A stretch of 64,000 nt of DNA, from positions 14,750-78,749 of the forward strand of contig JAURME010000001.1 of NCBI GenBank assembly GCA_030830865.1. The letters run 5' to 3'. The position numbers and the translations under genes are program-made. How positions within the stretch are numbered: position 1 is the first letter of the stretch; each line of letters starts with the position of its first letter. Shown here one piece after another: positions 61,855 to 64,000 of the stretch. The notes below the pieces were generated by a model. The model saw nothing but the letters and a program-made list of their open reading frames with translations, was not told where the DNA came from and searched no databases. The stretch comes from Candidatus Nanopelagicales bacterium. GTDB taxonomy: Bacteria > Actinomycetota > Actinomycetes > S36-B12.

Positions 61855-62841
61855 ATGCGGATCAGTGTCTTCAGCGCTGCCGAGCACGATCGAGTCTTCC
61901 TGGAGCAGGCGAACGCCGCGCGACGACACGAGTTGGAGTTCCTACCGACTCCTCTGACCGCGAGCACGGCGCATCTGGCGAGTGGCAGCCAGGCTGTGAG
62001 CGTATTCGTGGACGACATCGTTGACAAAGGTGCACTCGCAGTTCTGGCCAAGAACGGAGTCGGTCTCGTGGCCCTCCGATGCACGGGTTTTGACAACATC
62101 GACCTTGAGGCCGCGAAGAAGGAAGGTATCCGCGTCGTCCACGTGCCGAACTATCCGCCGCAGGCCGTTGCCGAGCACGCTGTAGGCCTCATGCTTGCGA
62201 TCAATCGTCGGATTCATCGCGCCTACAACAGAACGAGGAGCGGGGACTACACACTTGCCGGGATGATGGGGTCCGACGTCTCCGGAAAGACTGTTGCGGT
62301 GGTGGGGACCGGTCGTATCGGCACGGCCTTCGCGAGAATCATGGTGGGCTTCGGCTGCAGGGTCGTGGGATACAGCCCTCACCGTCATCAGGCGTTTGAG
62401 GCGACCGGCGCTGGGTACGGAGCACTGGAAGCCATTGGCGAAGGAGCAGATGTCGTCTCCCTGCACTGCCCGCTCACCTCGGACACTCGCCATCTCGTCA
62501 ACAAGGACGTCATTTCACGCTTTAATCGTGGGGCGATCCTGATCAATACCGCTCGAGGGGCGCTTGTGGATGCCCCAGCGGTGATCCCTGCTCTTCGCTC
62601 AGGACAGCTGGGAGGCTTCGGCATGGATGTCTACGAGCATGAACGGGGCTTGTACTTCGCCAACCATGAGAACGATGTGGTCAAGGACGATGTCATCGCT
62701 CGGCTGCTGTCGATGCCCAATGTCATCATCACCGGACACCAGGGTTGGTTCACCCGCGAGTCGATGGCGGCTATCAGTCAGGCGACCCTGACCAGTTTCG
62801 ACGAGTATGAGTCGGGTGCATCTTTGACTTTGGAGATCTAG
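61855..62841 (+). CDS. ldhA: D-isomer-specific 2-hydroxyacid (D-lactate) dehydrogenase
   Basis: ORF 61795 trimmed to MRISVFS. VVGTGRIG NAD motif, NTARG, TGHQGWFT. Confidence 0.8.
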   Translation: MRISVFSAAEHDRVFLEQANAARRHELEFLPTPLTASTAHLASGSQAVSVFVDDIVDKGALAVLAKNGVGLVALRCTGFDNIDLEAAKKEGIRVVHVPNYPPQAVAEHAVGLMLAINRRIHRAYNRTRSGDYTLAGMMGSDVSGKTVAVVGTGRIGTAFARIMVGFGCRVVGYSPHRHQAFEATGAGYGALEAIGEGADVVSLHCPLTSDTRHLVNKDVISRFNRGAILINTARGALVDAPAVIPALRSGQLGGFGMDVYEHERGLYFANHENDVVKDDVIARLLSMPNVIITGHQGWFTRESMAAISQATLTSFDEYESGASLTLEI

Positions 62842-62902
62842 GCCGTCTAGGCCACCTTCACTTCCCCGGGGAGCTTGCTGTAAACGCCCTACGCTGTCGG
62901 GC

Positions 62903-63550
62903 ATGACACACGCGGTCGAAACATCTCAGCCCGAGACGCTCGTAGCTGTTCACAAGGTGGACGCCTCCAAAGTGGAGGCCTACAAGAAGTGGCTCGTCGA
63001 TTCCGGGCAGATCGAGGAGGAGTTCTCGGGGTTCTTGTCGCGGGAAGTCATCGAACCTGTAGCCGGTGGACAGGATTTCTACACGCTGGTCGTGCGCTTC
63101 GACTCGTCGGCCAGTCTCGGCAGGTGGCTGGACAGCAGCCAGTGGGGTGGTCTTCACGCGAGGTTGCAGAACCTTGTTGCACAGGCTGATCGGTACGGAA
63201 CAGATGAGCGCTACCTAACGCCGTTCTGGTACCGACCCGATCCGCAGGCAGTCCCAGCACCGACGTGGAAGATCTGGCTCTCGACGGTCGCTGCCCTGTA
63301 TCCGTCGATCTTCATCATTTCCCTGCTGCTGGAGAACGTGACCGTGCCGTTCGCGGCAATGCTGCTGTTGTCCAATCTCCTCGCCGTCGCCAGCGTTTCG
63401 TGGATCACGGGTCCGGCAGTCCGCAGGATCGTGAAGTCGTGGATGGCGGCCCCGACGAGTCAGGTGCGGCTGACGGTTCTGGGAACTCTGGCGATTCTGG
63501 CCACGCTAGGCCTGCTCCTCGCCGTCTTTCTCCAGGTGCCGGTGTCCTAG
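62903..63550 (+). CDS. ABM (antibiotic-biosynthesis-monooxygenase-like) domain fused to a 3-TM C-terminal region
   Basis: N-terminal ferredoxin-like ABM pattern (VAVHKV...FLSREVIEP...YTLVVRFDS...LGRWLDS). C-terminal hydrophobic helices. Confidence 0.55.
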   Translation: MTHAVETSQPETLVAVHKVDASKVEAYKKWLVDSGQIEEEFSGFLSREVIEPVAGGQDFYTLVVRFDSSASLGRWLDSSQWGGLHARLQNLVAQADRYGTDERYLTPFWYRPDPQAVPAPTWKIWLSTVAALYPSIFIISLLLENVTVPFAAMLLLSNLLAVASVSWITGPAVRRIVKSWMAAPTSQVRLTVLGTLAILATLGLLLAVFLQVPVS

Positions 63551-63566
63551 GCGTGAGCCGTCGCGC

Positions 63567-63760
63567 CTATCCCGTCTGCTCAGCCTTCAGTTCGGCGAGG
63601 CACGTCACCAGCAGCGCATGATCCTCAGCGTCGGCAAGCCCCGAGGCGTAGATGCTGCCGACGATCCCCACGTTCGCCACTGAGATCGGATGGCACCACC
63701 GTGGGCGGCGTACTCCCACTCGTCCAGGCCGGTCGACTCGTTGAACAGGATCGACGGGCC
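63567..63760 (-). pseudogene. possible frameshifted 3' fragment of a UPF0303 / heme-degrading-domain gene
   Basis: Frame A reads ...GLDEWEYAAHGGAI. Frame B continues PISVANVGIVGSIYASGLADAEDHALLVTCLAELKAEQTG*. One missing C near 63692 joins them. Confidence 0.3.
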
Positions 63761-63761
63761 T

Positions 63762-64000
63762 TCAGCCGTGCGCGACCCGGTAGTGATCAGCGAGGGGATC
63801 GCGGCCGAAGTCGCGGTAGGGATCACGCCAGACCGTGTGGATGTGGTTGGCCCCGCGTTGTGTGTTGTCGCACTCCACCATCAGTCTCGGGCCCTGAACC
63901 CGGTAGTAGTAGCCGATGCCGTGTCCAACCCCTCCTGCCCACATCAGTGAGTGCTCGTCCAGGTGTGAGCCCTCGAACTTGCGCTGCTCGATCTCACGCA
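63762..64000 (-). CDS. DUF3500-like protein, C-terminal part (gene continues beyond window end)
   Basis: Frame is open to the window edge: ...YYYRVQGPRLMVECDNTQRGANHIHTVWRDPYRDFGRDPLADHY. This is my recollection of the DUF3500 C-terminal signature. Confidence 0.45.
   Translation of the reverse strand, partial: REIEQRKFEGSHLDEHSLMWAGGVGHGIGYYYRVQGPRLMVECDNTQRGANHIHTVWRDPYRDFGRDPLADHYRVAHG

Overview
High-GC actinobacterial chromosome, mostly conserved core. Gene order from about 15.5 kb to 52 kb parallels the Mycobacterium tuberculosis Rv3644c-Rv3721c region: ffs-dnaX-recR-ask-asd, ponA/whiB4, two ArsA-like ATPases, crp, nth, marP, ephE-like hydrolase, acs, the ssd/Tad-like locus with its DEAH helicase, then topA-tmk-holB. 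katG, an MFS pump, an H+-pyrophosphatase and nhaA are also present. I hand-folded four tRNAs (Ser-CGA, Ser-GGA, Pro-CGG, Thr-CGT) and an SRP RNA. Most annotated CDS follow the supplied ORF track, with starts re-picked where the longest ORF ran into a tRNA or a neighbouring gene. Many long Arg/Gly/His-rich ORFs are antisense shadows and were discarded.

Regions worth a second look:
- A Tad-like pilus/secretion operon joined tail-to-tail to a DUF1998 DEAH helicase (37.7-45.1 kb).
- An AbiEi/DUF559 gene bracketed by two copies of a 55-nt palindromic element (35.7-36.7 kb).
- A 2.7-kb islet in tRNA-Thr bounded by 45-bp direct repeats (59.0-61.7 kb). It carries an integrase remnant and a secreted InlB-B-repeat/pentapeptide-repeat protein built on near-perfect 15-bp DNA repeats.
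- A cluster of four uncharacterised envelope genes between the tRNA-Ser genes and ffs (3.8-8.6 kb).
- Smaller oddities: no ybaB between dnaX and recR, phased DnaA-box-like motifs upstream of ssd, two probable pseudo-enzymes, and katG without furA.

All calls rest on motif recognition and hand translation. No database search or statistics were run.
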